Assembly: GCA_000004985.1 (NCBI GenBank)
Contig: GG738845.1
Direction: 5' to 3' (one strand)
DNA from: Naegleria gruberi
Lineage: Eukaryota
Length of the DNA: 64,000 bases
A program made the position numbers and the translations under genes. The notes beneath the pieces were generated by a model. That model worked only from the letters and a program-made list of their open reading frames with translations, searched no databases and had not been told where the DNA came from. The first letter of the stretch is position 1. Every line of letters begins with the position of its first letter. Positions 24,001 to 34,179 of this stretch are shown here, in pieces.

Positions 24001-27000
24001 NNNNNNNNNNNNNNNNNNNNNNNNNNNNNNNNNNNNNNNNNNNNNNNNNNNNNNNNNNNNNNNNNNNNNNNNNNNNNNNNNNNNNNNNNNNNNNNNNNNN
24101 NNNNNNNNNNNNNNNNNNNNNNNNNNNNNNNNNNNNNNNNNNNNNNNNNNNNNNNNNNNNNNNNNNNNNNNNNNNNNNNNNNNNNNNNNNNNNNNNNNNN
24201 NNNNNNNNNNNNNNNNNNNNNNNNNNNNNNNNNNNNNNNNNNNNNNNNNNNNNNNNNNNNNNNNNNNNNNNNNNNNNNNNNNNNNNNNNNNNNNNNNNNN
24301 NNNNNNNNNNNNNNNNNNNNNNNNNNNNNNNNNNNNNNNNNNNNNNNNNNNNNNNNNNNNNNNNNNNNNNNNNNNNNNNNNNNNNNNNNNNNNNNNNNNN
24401 NNNNNNNNNNNNNNNNNNNNNNNNNNNNNNNNNNNNNNNNNNNNNNNNNNNNNNNNNNNNNNNNNNNNNNNNNNNNNNNNNNNNNNNNNNNNNNNNNNNN
24501 NNNNNNNNNNNNNNNNNNNNNNNNNNNNNNNNNNNNNNNNNNNNNNNNNNNNNNNNNNNNNNNNNNNNNNNNNNNNNNNNNNNNNNNNNNNNNNNNNNNN
24601 NNNNNNNNNNNNNNNNNNNNNNNNNNNNNNNNNNNNNNNNNNNNNNNNNNNNNNNNNNNNNNNNNNNNNNNNNNNNNNNNNNNNNNNNNNNNNNNNNNNN
24701 NNNNNNNNNNNNNNNNNNNNNNNNNNNNNNNNNNNNNNNNNNNNNNNNNNNNNNNNNNNNNNNNNNNNNNNNNNNNNNNNNNNNNNNNNNNNNNNNNNNN
24801 NNNNNNNNNNNNNNNNNNNNNNNNNNNNNNNNNNNNNNNNNNNNNNNNNNNNNNNNNNNNNNNNNNNNNNNNNNNNNNNNNNNNNNNNNNNNNNNNNNNN
24901 NNNNNNNNNNNNNNNNNNNNNNNNNNNNNNNNNNNNNNNNNNNNNNNNNNNNNNNNNNNNNNNNNNNNNNNNNNNNNNNNNNNNNNNNNNNNNNNNNNNN
25001 NNNNNNNNNNNNNNNNNNNNNNNNNNNNNNNNNNNNNNNNNNNNNNNNNNNNNNNNNNNNNNNNNNNNNNNNNNNNNNNNNNNNNNNNNNNNNNNNNNNN
25101 NNNNNNNNNNNNNNNNNNNNNNNNNNNNNNNNNNNNNNNNNNNNNNNNNNNNNNNNNNNNNNNNNNNNNNNNNNNNNNNNNNNNNNNNNNNNNNNNNNNN
25201 NNNNNNNNNNNNNNNNNNNNNNNNNNNNNNNNNNNNNNNNNNNNNNNNNNNNNNNNNNNNNNNNNNNNNNNNNNNNNNNNNNNNNNNNNNNNNNNNNNNN
25301 NNNNNNNNNNNNNNNNNNNNNNNNNNNNNNNNNNNNNNNNNNNNNNNNNNNNNNNNNNNNNNNNNNNNNNNNNNNNNNNNNNNNNNNNNNNNNNNNNNNN
25401 NNNNNNNNNNNNNNNNNNNNNNNNNNNNNNNNNNNNNNNNNNNNNNNNNNNNNNNNNNNNNNNNNNNNNNNNNNNNNNNNNNNNNNNNNNNNNNNNNNNN
25501 NNNNNNNNNNNNNNNNNNNNNNNNNNNNNNNNNNNNNNNNNNNNNNNNNNNNNNNNNNNNNNNNNNNNNNNNNNNNNNNNNNNNNNNNNNNNNNNNNNNN
25601 NNNNNNNNNNNNNNNNNNNNNNNNNNNNNNNNNNNNNNNNNNNNNNNNNNNNNNNNNNNNNNNNNNNNNNNNNNNNNNNNNNNNNNNNNNNNNNNNNNNN
25701 NNNNNNNNNNNNNNNNNNNNNNNNNNNNNNNNNNNNNNNNNNNNNNNNNNNNNNNNNNNNNNNNNNNNNNNNNNNNNNNNNNNNNNNNNNNNNNNNNNNN
25801 NNNNNNNNNNNNNNNNNNNNNNNNNNNNNNNNNNNNNNNNNNNNNNNNNNNNNNNNNNNNNNNNNNNNNNNNNNNNNNNNNNNNNNNNNNNNNNNNNNNN
25901 NNNNNNNNNNNNNNNNNNNNNNNNNNNNNNNNNNNNNNNNNNNNNNNNNNNNNNNNNNNNNNNNNNNNNNNNNNNNNNNNNNNNNNNNNNNNNNNNNNNN
26001 NNNNNNNNNNNNNNNNNNNNNNNNNNNNNNNNNNNNNNNNNNNNNNNNNNNNNNNNNNNNNNNNNNNNNNNNNNNNNNNNNNNNNNNNNNNNNNNNNNNN
26101 NNNNNNNNNNNNNNNNNNNNNNNNNNNNNNNNNNNNNNNNNNNNNNNNNNNNNNNNNNNNNNNNNNNNNNNNNNNNNNNNNNNNNNNNNNNNNNNNNNNN
26201 NNNNNNNNNNNNNNNNNNNNNNNNNNNNNNNNNNNNNNNNNNNNNNNNNNNNNNNNNNNNNNNNNNNNNNNNNNNNNNNNNNNNNNNNNNNNNNNNNNNN
26301 NNNNNNNNNNNNNNNNNNNNNNNNNNNNNNNNNNNNNNNNNNNNNNNNNNNNNNNNNNNNNNNNNNNNNNNNNNNNNNNNNNNNNNNNNNNNNNNNNNNN
26401 NNNNNNNNNNNNNNNNNNNNNNNNNNNNNNNNNNNNNNNNNNNNNNNNNNNNNNNNNNNNNNNNNNNNNNNNNNNNNNNNNNNNNNNNNNNNNNNNNNNN
26501 NNNNNNNNNNNNNNNNNNNNNNNNNNNNNNNNNNNNNNNNNNNNNNNNNNNNNNNNNNNNNNNNNNNNNNNNNNNNNNNNNNNNNNNNNNNNNNNNNNNN
26601 NNNNNNNNNNNNNNNNNNNNNNNNNNNNNNNNNNNNNNNNNNNNNNNNNNNNNNNNNNNNNNNNNNNNNNNNNNNNNNNNNNNNNNNNNNNNNNNNNNNN
26701 NNNNNNNNNNNNNNNNNNNNNNNNNNNNNNNNNNNNNNNNNNNNNNNNNNNNNNNNNNNNNNNNNNNNNNNNNNNNNNNNNNNNNNNNNNNNNNNNNNNN
26801 NNNNNNNNNNNNNNNNNNNNNNNNNNNNNNNNNNNNNNNNNNNNNNNNNNNNNNNNNNNNNNNNNNNNNNNNNNNNNNNNNNNNNNNNNNNNNNNNNNNN
26901 NNNNNNNNNNNNNNNNNNNNNNNNNNNNNNNNNNNNNNNNNNNNNNNNNNNNNNNNNNNNNNNNNNNNNNNNNNNNNNNNNNNNNNNNNNNNNNNNNNNN

Positions 27001-28103
27001 NNNNNNNNNNNNNNNNNNNNNNNNNNNNNNNNNNNNNNNNNNNNNNNNNNNNNNNNNNNNNNNNNNNNNNNNNNNNNNNNNNNNNNNNNNNNNNNNNNNN
27101 NNNNNNNNNNNNNNNNNNNNNNNNNNNNNNNNNNNNNNNNNNNNNNNNNNNNNNNNNNNNNNNNNNNNNNNNNNNNNNNNNNNNNNNNNNNNNNNNNNNN
27201 NNNNNNNNNNNNNNNNNNNNNNNNNNNNNNNNNNNNNNNNNNNNNNNNNNNNNNNNNNNNNNNNNNNNNNNNNNNNNNNNNNNNNNNNNNNNNNNNNNNN
27301 NNNNNNNNNNNNNNNNNNNNNNNNNNNNNNNNNNNNNNNNNNNNNNNNNNNNNNNNNNNNNNNNNNNNNNNNNNNNNNNNNNNNNNNNNNNNNNNNNNNN
27401 NNNNNNNNNNNNNNNNNNNNNNNNNNNNNNNNNNNNNNNNNNNNNNNNNNNNNNNNNNNNNNNNNNNNNNNNNNNNNNNNNNNNNNNNNNNNNNNNNNNN
27501 NNNNNNNNNNNNNNNNNNNNNNNNNNNNNNNNNNNNNNNNNNNNNNNNNNNNNNNNNNNNNNNNNNNNNNNNNNNNNNNNNNNNNNNNNNNNNNNNNNNN
27601 NNNNNNNNNNNNNNNNNNNNNNNNNNNNNNNNNNNNNNNNNNNNNNNNNNNNNNNNNNNNNNNNNNNNNNNNNNNNNNNNNNNNNNNNNNNNNNNNNNNN
27701 NNNNNNNNNNNNNNNNNNNNNNNNNNNNNNNNNNNNNNNNNNNNNNNNNNNNNNNNNNNNNNNNNNNNNNNNNNNNNNNNNNNNNNNNNNNNNNNNNNNN
27801 NNNNNNNNNNNNNNNNNNNNNNNNNNNNNNNNNNNNNNNNNNNNNNNNNNNNNNNNNNNNNNNNNNNNNNNNNNNNNNNNNNNNNNNNNNNNNNNNNNNN
27901 NNNNNNNNNNNNNNNNNNNNNNNNNNNNNNNNNNNNNNNNNNNNNNNNNNNNNNNNNNNNNNNNNNNNNNNNNNNNNNNNNNNNNNNNNNNNNNNNNNNN
28001 NNNNNNNNNNNNNNNNNNNNNNNNNNNNNNNNNNNNNNNNNNNNNNNNNNNNNNNNNNNNNNNNNNNNNNNNNNNNNNNNNNNNNNNNNNNNNNNNNNNN
28101 NNN
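1..28103. other. Assembly/scaffold gap (continuous run of N); no information
   Basis: Seen directly: every base from 1 to 28103 is n; real sequence begins at 28104. Confidence 0.99.
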
Positions 28104-28104
28104 T

Positions 28105-29022
28105 GAAAAAGAATTACTACAAGCAAAGATTGAGAATGACAATCTTATATCTCAAATCAATCAGAAAAACGAAAAGATTGAAGTTGTGCAATCAGAGGCT
28201 GCCCGCTTAAAGCAAAGTATGGATGACAAAACAAGAGTTTTAGTTCTTTTGATTCAAGAACTTTCAAATTTGACAAGTAATGGAGATTCTAAATTAACCA
28301 ATGTTCATTTGAAGAAGATTGTTTCAAGATACAATACAATTTTAACAAAAGGAATCAAGACAAACAATCAAGCAGAAAAGTTGAGAGATACAATAGAAGA
28401 ATTTGAAAGGCAAAGAGGATTTTTAGAACAAACCATAACAGGAATGAAAAGAACCCTATCGACAAGAGAAGAGCATCTAAAAAACGATCTTTTAAGAAAG
28501 AATAATGAAAATTCCATTTTAGTAGAAGAAATCAATCAATTAAGAAAAGATCAAAAGCAGTACAAACAAAGAATAATATCTTTAGAATACCAGCTCAAGA
28601 ATGCTCTTCATTTCCAACAGCAAGCACAAAGAGAATTGAACTCCTCGGCCTCCAATCCTGCATCGACTATATCTTCTGCGAGATCAAGACGAGTTGGAAG
28701 TGCCACATCTGCAAGTAGATCTTCCCTTAATAGAATACGAACTCCGGATGCATTCTTTGGAAATAGTGACATTACAGGTTTGGACAGACGAAAGGTTGCT
28801 GAATTTGTGGACTCTCTAGAAAAGAATAACAAACGATTCGAACAACAACAGCAGGATATTGACAAACTAAAGAACTATGTTCAAAACTTGTTGGAAGATG
28901 AGGGTTCGAAATCTCCTTCATCACAAAGTGACGATAATAACATTTCGTTTGGCGATTCTCCTCTTCTGGTTTCATCAGAAAAGCAAAAACCAAAATTGGC
29001 TCCGATTAAGATAAATAAATAA
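28105..29022 (+). CDS. 3' part of a coiled-coil protein gene, 5' end lost in the gap (K/E/Q-rich heptad-like sequence, S/R-rich segment, C-terminal acidic tail); stop TAA at 29020-29022
   Basis: The frame is open from the first sequenced base (28105) through ORF 28186..29022. The ORF-track start is a GTG. Composition is typical of coiled coil. No specific family recognised. Confidence 0.5.
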   Translation, partial: EKELLQAKIENDNLISQINQKNEKIEVVQSEAARLKQSMDDKTRVLVLLIQELSNLTSNGDSKLTNVHLKKIVSRYNTILTKGIKTNNQAEKLRDTIEEFERQRGFLEQTITGMKRTLSTREEHLKNDLLRKNNENSILVEEINQLRKDQKQYKQRIISLEYQLKNALHFQQQAQRELNSSASNPASTISSARSRRVGSATSASRSSLNRIRTPDAFFGNSDITGLDRRKVAEFVDSLEKNNKRFEQQQQDIDKLKNYVQNLLEDEGSKSPSSQSDDNNISFGDSPLLVSSEKQKPKLAPIKINK

Positions 29023-29063
29023 TTTATTGTTTTTGTCGCAAGTTATGTACAAAGGTTGTTGAT

Positions 29064-29450
29064 CTAGGGTCTGGTTTGTTTAGCTTGTGTTTGAACGTTA
29101 GGTTGTTGGTGATCGGCGATAGTTGCTAATTTAATTAGATTTTGTTGTAATTTCACTTGGAGTCTTTGTAAATCAATTCCATAATAAATTTTAGTATTGC
29201 CAGTCAAATATTGATAATAGTTAATATTTTGTGATGTAGATCAAACATACGGTTCACATTGATCGAATTGTCCTAGTTTTTGTCTTTCAATAATAGCAAA
29301 AATTAATTGTTGATTTTCGTCTAAATACTAATAAAGTTGTTGTTATTGTTGCGATATGAAACGTACATCCTGTATAGTTTTTGTGGTAATATTGCTGGCC
29401 GATGTATTCATATTGTCATTTGATGATGAAGCACGAGGTTGTGTGTTCAT
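29064..29450 (-). CDS. Small SS18/GIF-family protein (SNH domain), 86 aa, three exons: complement(join(29064..29163,29251..29327,29367..29450)); introns 39 nt (GTACGT..TAG) and 87 nt (GTATGT..AAG)
   Basis: Spliced translation MNTQPRASSSNDNMNTSASNITTKTIQD|YLDENQQLIFAIIERQKLGQFDQCEP|LQVKLQQNLIKLATIADHQQPNVQTQAKQTRP. This matches the SS18 N-terminal homology domain / plant GIF pattern (IQK-LDEN--LI--I---Q--GK--EC-----LQ-NL-YLA-IAD). A-rich leader before the ATG. Exon lengths sum to 261 nt, which is 87 codons. Missed by the ORF track because the exons are short. Confidence 0.6.
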
Positions 29451-29509
29451 TTTTTGTTCCGACAAAAATTATTTTGATTTAAAAAAATGATACACAACAA
29501 AGTAATAAT

Positions 29510-30343
29510 ATGTATTCAAATATGAAAATGGAAAATTATTTTGAACAAGTGTTAAAACAACAACACCTAGTTAACGATGATTTAATTGGCTTTTCTGAGT
29601 ACTTAGACCGATTACTAGAATTAAAAGATTCCTATGAACCGCCATCAATTAGGAAGGATATTGATCAATCACCACTTATGAATGTATTCGGTTTAAAACG
29701 TTCCACGGTGAAGCCTTCTTTTTTATTTTCTCATACTCCAGATATTAAACGACTTTCAGAATTTAAAAACTACTACGTTGAAAAAACATTCAACAGACAA
29801 CCTGCTTTCAAAGCTTCTTTTAGAAACAAGAACAGGGATATTAATAATGATCATTCATTTATTGAAAAGTTGGAATTGTTATTTGGCGAGAATGAAAAGT
29901 ATTTGGATAAATTGACTGATTTGAAAACTCTCTATCACATAAAGCAACTCATTTCAAAATATGAAAGGAAAAATCAATTACAAAGTAATGAGGATTTTAA
30001 TATTTATAATAGGAAGGACAATAGTTTCAATTCTTCTTCATTTTATCATCAACCAAACAAGTCACTCACTGAAGAGAGTTCAACTATTATTCATAGACTG
30101 ATTTTAACAAGTGAACTATTTTCGCCCTACGAATTTTCAAGTGATACTAACCAAAGTGCTGCTTTGAAATCATTTCAGATAGTTTTACATGGTAGCTCTA
30201 AAATATTGAAGAAGAGGCTATCCTCTCTACCAATGTATAATGATATTTATTCATCCCTCATTGAACAATGCGATAAAAGATTCTCAACACTGAGAAGGGA
30301 AATATTTCCTCAAGTAGGTTTTTTATTTTACAAATTGTTGTAA
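29510..30343 (+). CDS. Hypothetical protein, 277 aa as a stand-alone ORF; possibly the 5' exon of the downstream 1258-aa ORF (see findings)
   Basis: ORF with an A/T-rich leader. No recognisable domain. A GTAGGT donor at 30314 and a TAG acceptor at 30362-30364 would join it in frame to 30365..34177. Confidence 0.45.
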   Translation: MYSNMKMENYFEQVLKQQHLVNDDLIGFSEYLDRLLELKDSYEPPSIRKDIDQSPLMNVFGLKRSTVKPSFLFSHTPDIKRLSEFKNYYVEKTFNRQPAFKASFRNKNRDINNDHSFIEKLELLFGENEKYLDKLTDLKTLYHIKQLISKYERKNQLQSNEDFNIYNRKDNSFNSSSFYHQPNKSLTEESSTIIHRLILTSELFSPYEFSSDTNQSAALKSFQIVLHGSSKILKKRLSSLPMYNDIYSSLIEQCDKRFSTLRREIFPQVGFLFYKLL

Positions 30344-30400
30344 AAAACATGAAATCCTGATTAGCCACCTGACAGGTCAATCCCAACCAAGGAAATATCT

Positions 30401-33400
30401 ATGGAACAAATAGAATGGTTGAGTACAAAATATTTACCAAATATTTTCAGACATAGAGTTGATTGGGAAAATAGTCTCACAAAGAGATCAGAGCTGATTT
30501 ACAAACTCTTGTCCTATTTTTCAAAACAACCTGATCAAACAAACAAGGATTGGAGTTCTATAATTTGCTCCCAATACCCTGTTATGGTAAAAAGAAATGG
30601 GCAATATATGTTGATTTTCGGTATTCGTTGGAAGCCATTCACAAATATTAACAATACAATTCAATCTCTCAGGGAAAAGGGTTTATATGGTTTGGAATTT
30701 AATACAGAGCACTTCAACAACTTTCCATACTTTTTCAGGGATGGGAAAGAGTGTATTCCAACAGAAAGGCCAAATGTTACATCATCAACCCTTTTGAGAG
30801 ATTTTAAAAAACAATTGAAAACTCAAATAATAGACAGATCAGGAACAAACAAATACTCTTTTCCAAAACATCCACCATTCAGACATTGGGTATTCGATTT
30901 CTTCTTTAATCAGAGTATGTTAAGTAAGAATGATTTCCTAGCTGTTATGGAAGGAAGGAGATCCCTGCTGGAGATTATACTCAAGTATAGACCCGATCAA
31001 GTGTTGGAAAATCAAATTTATCAAACACTGATAACACAGATCGAGGAATGTTTGAAATCATCGAGAAGAGGTCATTCTTTTAAAAATACTATAGGCCACA
31101 GTGATTTGAAAAGTATACAGATTCCTGATTCCTCAAAATATCTCTCACTATTTCTTCCTTTTTACTTTCATATTGATGATAGTGAAATGTTAAGAGTTGA
31201 TCATTTATTTTCTATTAATTTGGAAGAATATATCAGATATTTTAGAAGAGTTTTAAGCGAATTGAGCGATTCTAATCTCTCCCAAGTGGGAATTTTGGAT
31301 ATATTCGAAATTAGAGAATCAATACAAGAAAACATAATGTACAACCACAAAAATCACATTAATAACTCTCTATTTAATGTTGTGGAAATTTCTAACCCTT
31401 CAAAAGGACATTATATCATTGACATTATTCCTAATCTAATTGAAACCATTCGCTCAAATGTGAAATTTTTAAGGTTGGATAATTTATATTGGAAACTCTA
31501 TTCGAGAGGACTTTACATCCCCGAAAATCCAATACTCCACCGAGATTTTATTCTACAAAGTATTAAAACCTTTCTGCATGATTTGAAAAATCGACAAGAT
31601 AAAACGGCAAGAAAATTCAATACCAAACAAGAGGACACTAATCTATTGCAAGATAACTTGACTCTAATGTCCAGATTTTTGAATTTGAAATGGAAGAGGC
31701 CTTTAGCATACGTTCAAGTTATGACCCCTTCTACAAGATTGGTCATTTCCAAATTGGTGAAAACCTATTTCCACCCCTTACACCAAGTTTTACAACACGA
31801 ACATGGCTCCCCAACTATTCCATCAAAATTGGTCAATACTATCATCCCATTCCAATCTAGAGTTAGCACTTTTGCGATAAAGCTGCTGGAAGTCACTCCT
31901 TCCCAGAACAACAATAATCAGGAAGACACTTTGGTAGATACTGTAAAGACCTTCATTGGAAAGTACAAACACGATGTACACAGATGCGAAAAGCAACTGT
32001 CAAATCGCTTGTTGTTTTTATTCTTGACTGAATGCGCTATGAGAAATATCATTACTACAGATAATGTTCTCCCCAAGTTAGCTCTCATATTTAAGAAACA
32101 TGTGCATGACAACGATACTTGTCTATTACCATGTGTTGATAGTATTGAAAGAGAAATAATTTCTCTGAAGAATTTTCCTAACAACTTGAAGAAGATTGAA
32201 AAATGCAATTTGAACACTTCTCATCTACATCCTTTGGTAATTTCCAATACACTCATGTGGAGAAATGACTTTACAGACATTTCAAATCTCAAGGCACTGA
32301 TATGGAATTCATTGAAAACTACCAACTATTTGATTAACCCTATCAAAGTTATAATAGCAAATTTTGAAAAAGAAAATACCTACATATGGAACAATATGTT
32401 AGAGCAAAGCTTTGATGTATTAGCTATTGAAAATATCAAACACCATGTTAGTAGTTTCTTTCCAATACGATCTAGAGAAGAAGAGGAAAAAGAATGGTCA
32501 GTTCACTACAAGAGATTACAAAAGTTAGGCATAGATTATTTACAATATTACCCATTCAAAGATTTACATGCAAAGGCATTGCTATCCCTTTCAAAAAAGT
32601 CATTAACCACCACTAAACTTGAAGAAAAGGAAGACATTATTGATATGTTTTTTCAACCCATTGATACCCTCAACTCTAATTCTAGACTCGTGTTGGATAA
32701 CTCAATTAATAGTTTGAGCTTGAAAAAATCAACTAGTTCTCTATATAATCGCCAATTTGGATTTCTTTATAATGATCTATCGGATATGAGAAAACCAAAC
32801 CAATTTCTAGATGATTGGGATTTGACACTAACGATTAAATGTATGTCTAGGAGAATACTTCGCAAGTTGAAACAAGCCACACAAAGAAGGGAAATTCTAG
32901 GAAGGATGGAAACCACTTTCAATATTTCTTCAGAGCTTTCTGCTGAGATATTGGAATTTTCTTCATTTATGATAGAATCAATGGATAAGCATTCCAATAA
33001 GGAATCCAAATTGTTGAAAAAATTTAAGAACATTACAAATGGTGGCAGTGACAAACAAAAATTTTCATCCCTACAAGAATTAATTGAACAAGTTTTAGAG
33101 TTTTGTAAAAAATATGAAATTTCCAGAATATCGCATGAAACAATAACAGACTCACCAGAGCAAATATTGTTACCAAGAGAGCAATCTTCTTATTGCCCTG
33201 CCACCACTGTCAGAAATTCTATCAACAATAATGAAATTTACTCTATAGTACCATTTATAGAAAGAACCCTAACTAGATCTAAAACAAAGGAAATAATATC
33301 TAATACTCTAACAAGATACGAAGAGGATGATTTATTGTTCCAAAACCAAATGAAAATGGTAGAATATTCTCCTTTCCTCCATTACTTTGAGAAAAAGATT

Positions 33401-34177
33401 CAAAATATTTTTGAAAATTCTTTTGAAAACTCGTTTTTTGAAAAAATAATTGATTTCTCTTACATTTTGTCTTATGGAAAGGTGAAGATTTTAAACTTCA
33501 ATCATTATGATGAGTCTTTCAACTCTGTTTTCATAACCGAAGCTGAAGCATCATATATGAACGAGCATGACAGACCTTATTTCTATAAATCATCAGACAC
33601 TGCATGGGATATTCTGAATAAGGATTTCCCTTCTCATGCCATTTGTGAGAATTTTGAAAAACTAGAAACATTAGCATCTGAAGGTGTTGACAGCCGCATG
33701 ATATTTGGTGGCTTTTGTGGAGGAGATTGTGAATTGCTGCTTTTTCATCCTGATTGTGAAGAGTTAAAAAATGGGAACACTGAAATGAGCTATCTGAAAG
33801 AGGCACTTACAAATCGAAGAATGGAACATTTTGGAGAGATTACTTGTGGATGGATGAATTTTGATGACCTAGTTGGTCCTGGTATTGAAATGACAAATGC
33901 AAAATGTGGGAATATTACTAGAGAAAATATTTGGATTTCCAATGAATGTTGTACATTCAATTATAATCCAAACAAGACTCTTGAAGAGAACAACAAGGAA
34001 CGACAAGCTAAACAGAAAGCAAATAAGGGTTTAAAGTATGTCAATCACCCCAAAAGATTTAATCAACTTGAATGTGGACATCACCACTTAAGAGAAACAA
34101 TACCTCTCTATGATTTAAAATTCTTGTTTTATTCGGCAACACCCTTCAATTTCAAAGAGTTTTATGATAATAAATAA
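30401..34177 (+). CDS. Large uncharacterised protein (1258 aa from the ATG at 30401; about 1538 aa if fused to the upstream exon); C-terminal Cys/His-rich region; no confident family assignment
   Basis: 3.8 kb uninterrupted ORF ending in TAA (34175-34177). The upstream in-frame sequence is open back to 30365. The ATG at 30401 lacks the A-rich leader seen at other starts. Confidence 0.6.
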   Translation: MEQIEWLSTKYLPNIFRHRVDWENSLTKRSELIYKLLSYFSKQPDQTNKDWSSIICSQYPVMVKRNGQYMLIFGIRWKPFTNINNTIQSLREKGLYGLEFNTEHFNNFPYFFRDGKECIPTERPNVTSSTLLRDFKKQLKTQIIDRSGTNKYSFPKHPPFRHWVFDFFFNQSMLSKNDFLAVMEGRRSLLEIILKYRPDQVLENQIYQTLITQIEECLKSSRRGHSFKNTIGHSDLKSIQIPDSSKYLSLFLPFYFHIDDSEMLRVDHLFSINLEEYIRYFRRVLSELSDSNLSQVGILDIFEIRESIQENIMYNHKNHINNSLFNVVEISNPSKGHYIIDIIPNLIETIRSNVKFLRLDNLYWKLYSRGLYIPENPILHRDFILQSIKTFLHDLKNRQDKTARKFNTKQEDTNLLQDNLTLMSRFLNLKWKRPLAYVQVMTPSTRLVISKLVKTYFHPLHQVLQHEHGSPTIPSKLVNTIIPFQSRVSTFAIKLLEVTPSQNNNNQEDTLVDTVKTFIGKYKHDVHRCEKQLSNRLLFLFLTECAMRNIITTDNVLPKLALIFKKHVHDNDTCLLPCVDSIEREIISLKNFPNNLKKIEKCNLNTSHLHPLVISNTLMWRNDFTDISNLKALIWNSLKTTNYLINPIKVIIANFEKENTYIWNNMLEQSFDVLAIENIKHHVSSFFPIRSREEEEKEWSVHYKRLQKLGIDYLQYYPFKDLHAKALLSLSKKSLTTTKLEEKEDIIDMFFQPIDTLNSNSRLVLDNSINSLSLKKSTSSLYNRQFGFLYNDLSDMRKPNQFLDDWDLTLTIKCMSRRILRKLKQATQRREILGRMETTFNISSELSAEILEFSSFMIESMDKHSNKESKLLKKFKNITNGGSDKQKFSSLQELIEQVLEFCKKYEISRISHETITDSPEQILLPREQSSYCPATTVRNSINNNEIYSIVPFIERTLTRSKTKEIISNTLTRYEEDDLLFQNQMKMVEYSPFLHYFEKKIQNIFENSFENSFFEKIIDFSYILSYGKVKILNFNHYDESFNSVFITEAEASYMNEHDRPYFYKSSDTAWDILNKDFPSHAICENFEKLETLASEGVDSRMIFGGFCGGDCELLLFHPDCEELKNGNTEMSYLKEALTNRRMEHFGEITCGWMNFDDLVGPGIEMTNAKCGNITRENIWISNECCTFNYNPNKTLEENNKERQAKQKANKGLKYVNHPKRFNQLECGHHHLRETIPLYDLKFLFYSATPFNFKEFYDNK

Positions 34178-34179
34178 AT

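Noticed and set aside
29280-29345. In-frame TAA and TAG inside the conserved SS18-like N-terminal region suggested a ciliate-type code (TAA/TAG = Gln)
   Set aside because: TOP1, DHX16 and the DEAD-box helicase all terminate exactly at conserved C-termini on TAA. Both stops fall inside a 39-nt GTACGT..TAG intron whose removal gives a better SNH-domain alignment. The standard code is retained.
30401-31250. Telomerase-RT-like motif resemblance in the 1258-aa ORF (FNTEHFNNFPYFFRD resembling the TERT T-motif FFY-TE..FFYRK; CIPTERPNV resembling motif 1; IQIPDSS..L..Y resembling B'; FHIDDSE resembling C)
   Set aside because: Motif spacing is far too compressed for a TERT. Motifs 1 to A and A to B' are about half the expected length, and the IFD insertion is absent. 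B' to C is only about 18 aa, and no motif E or CTE signature is present. Treated as chance similarity. A profile-HMM search would settle it.
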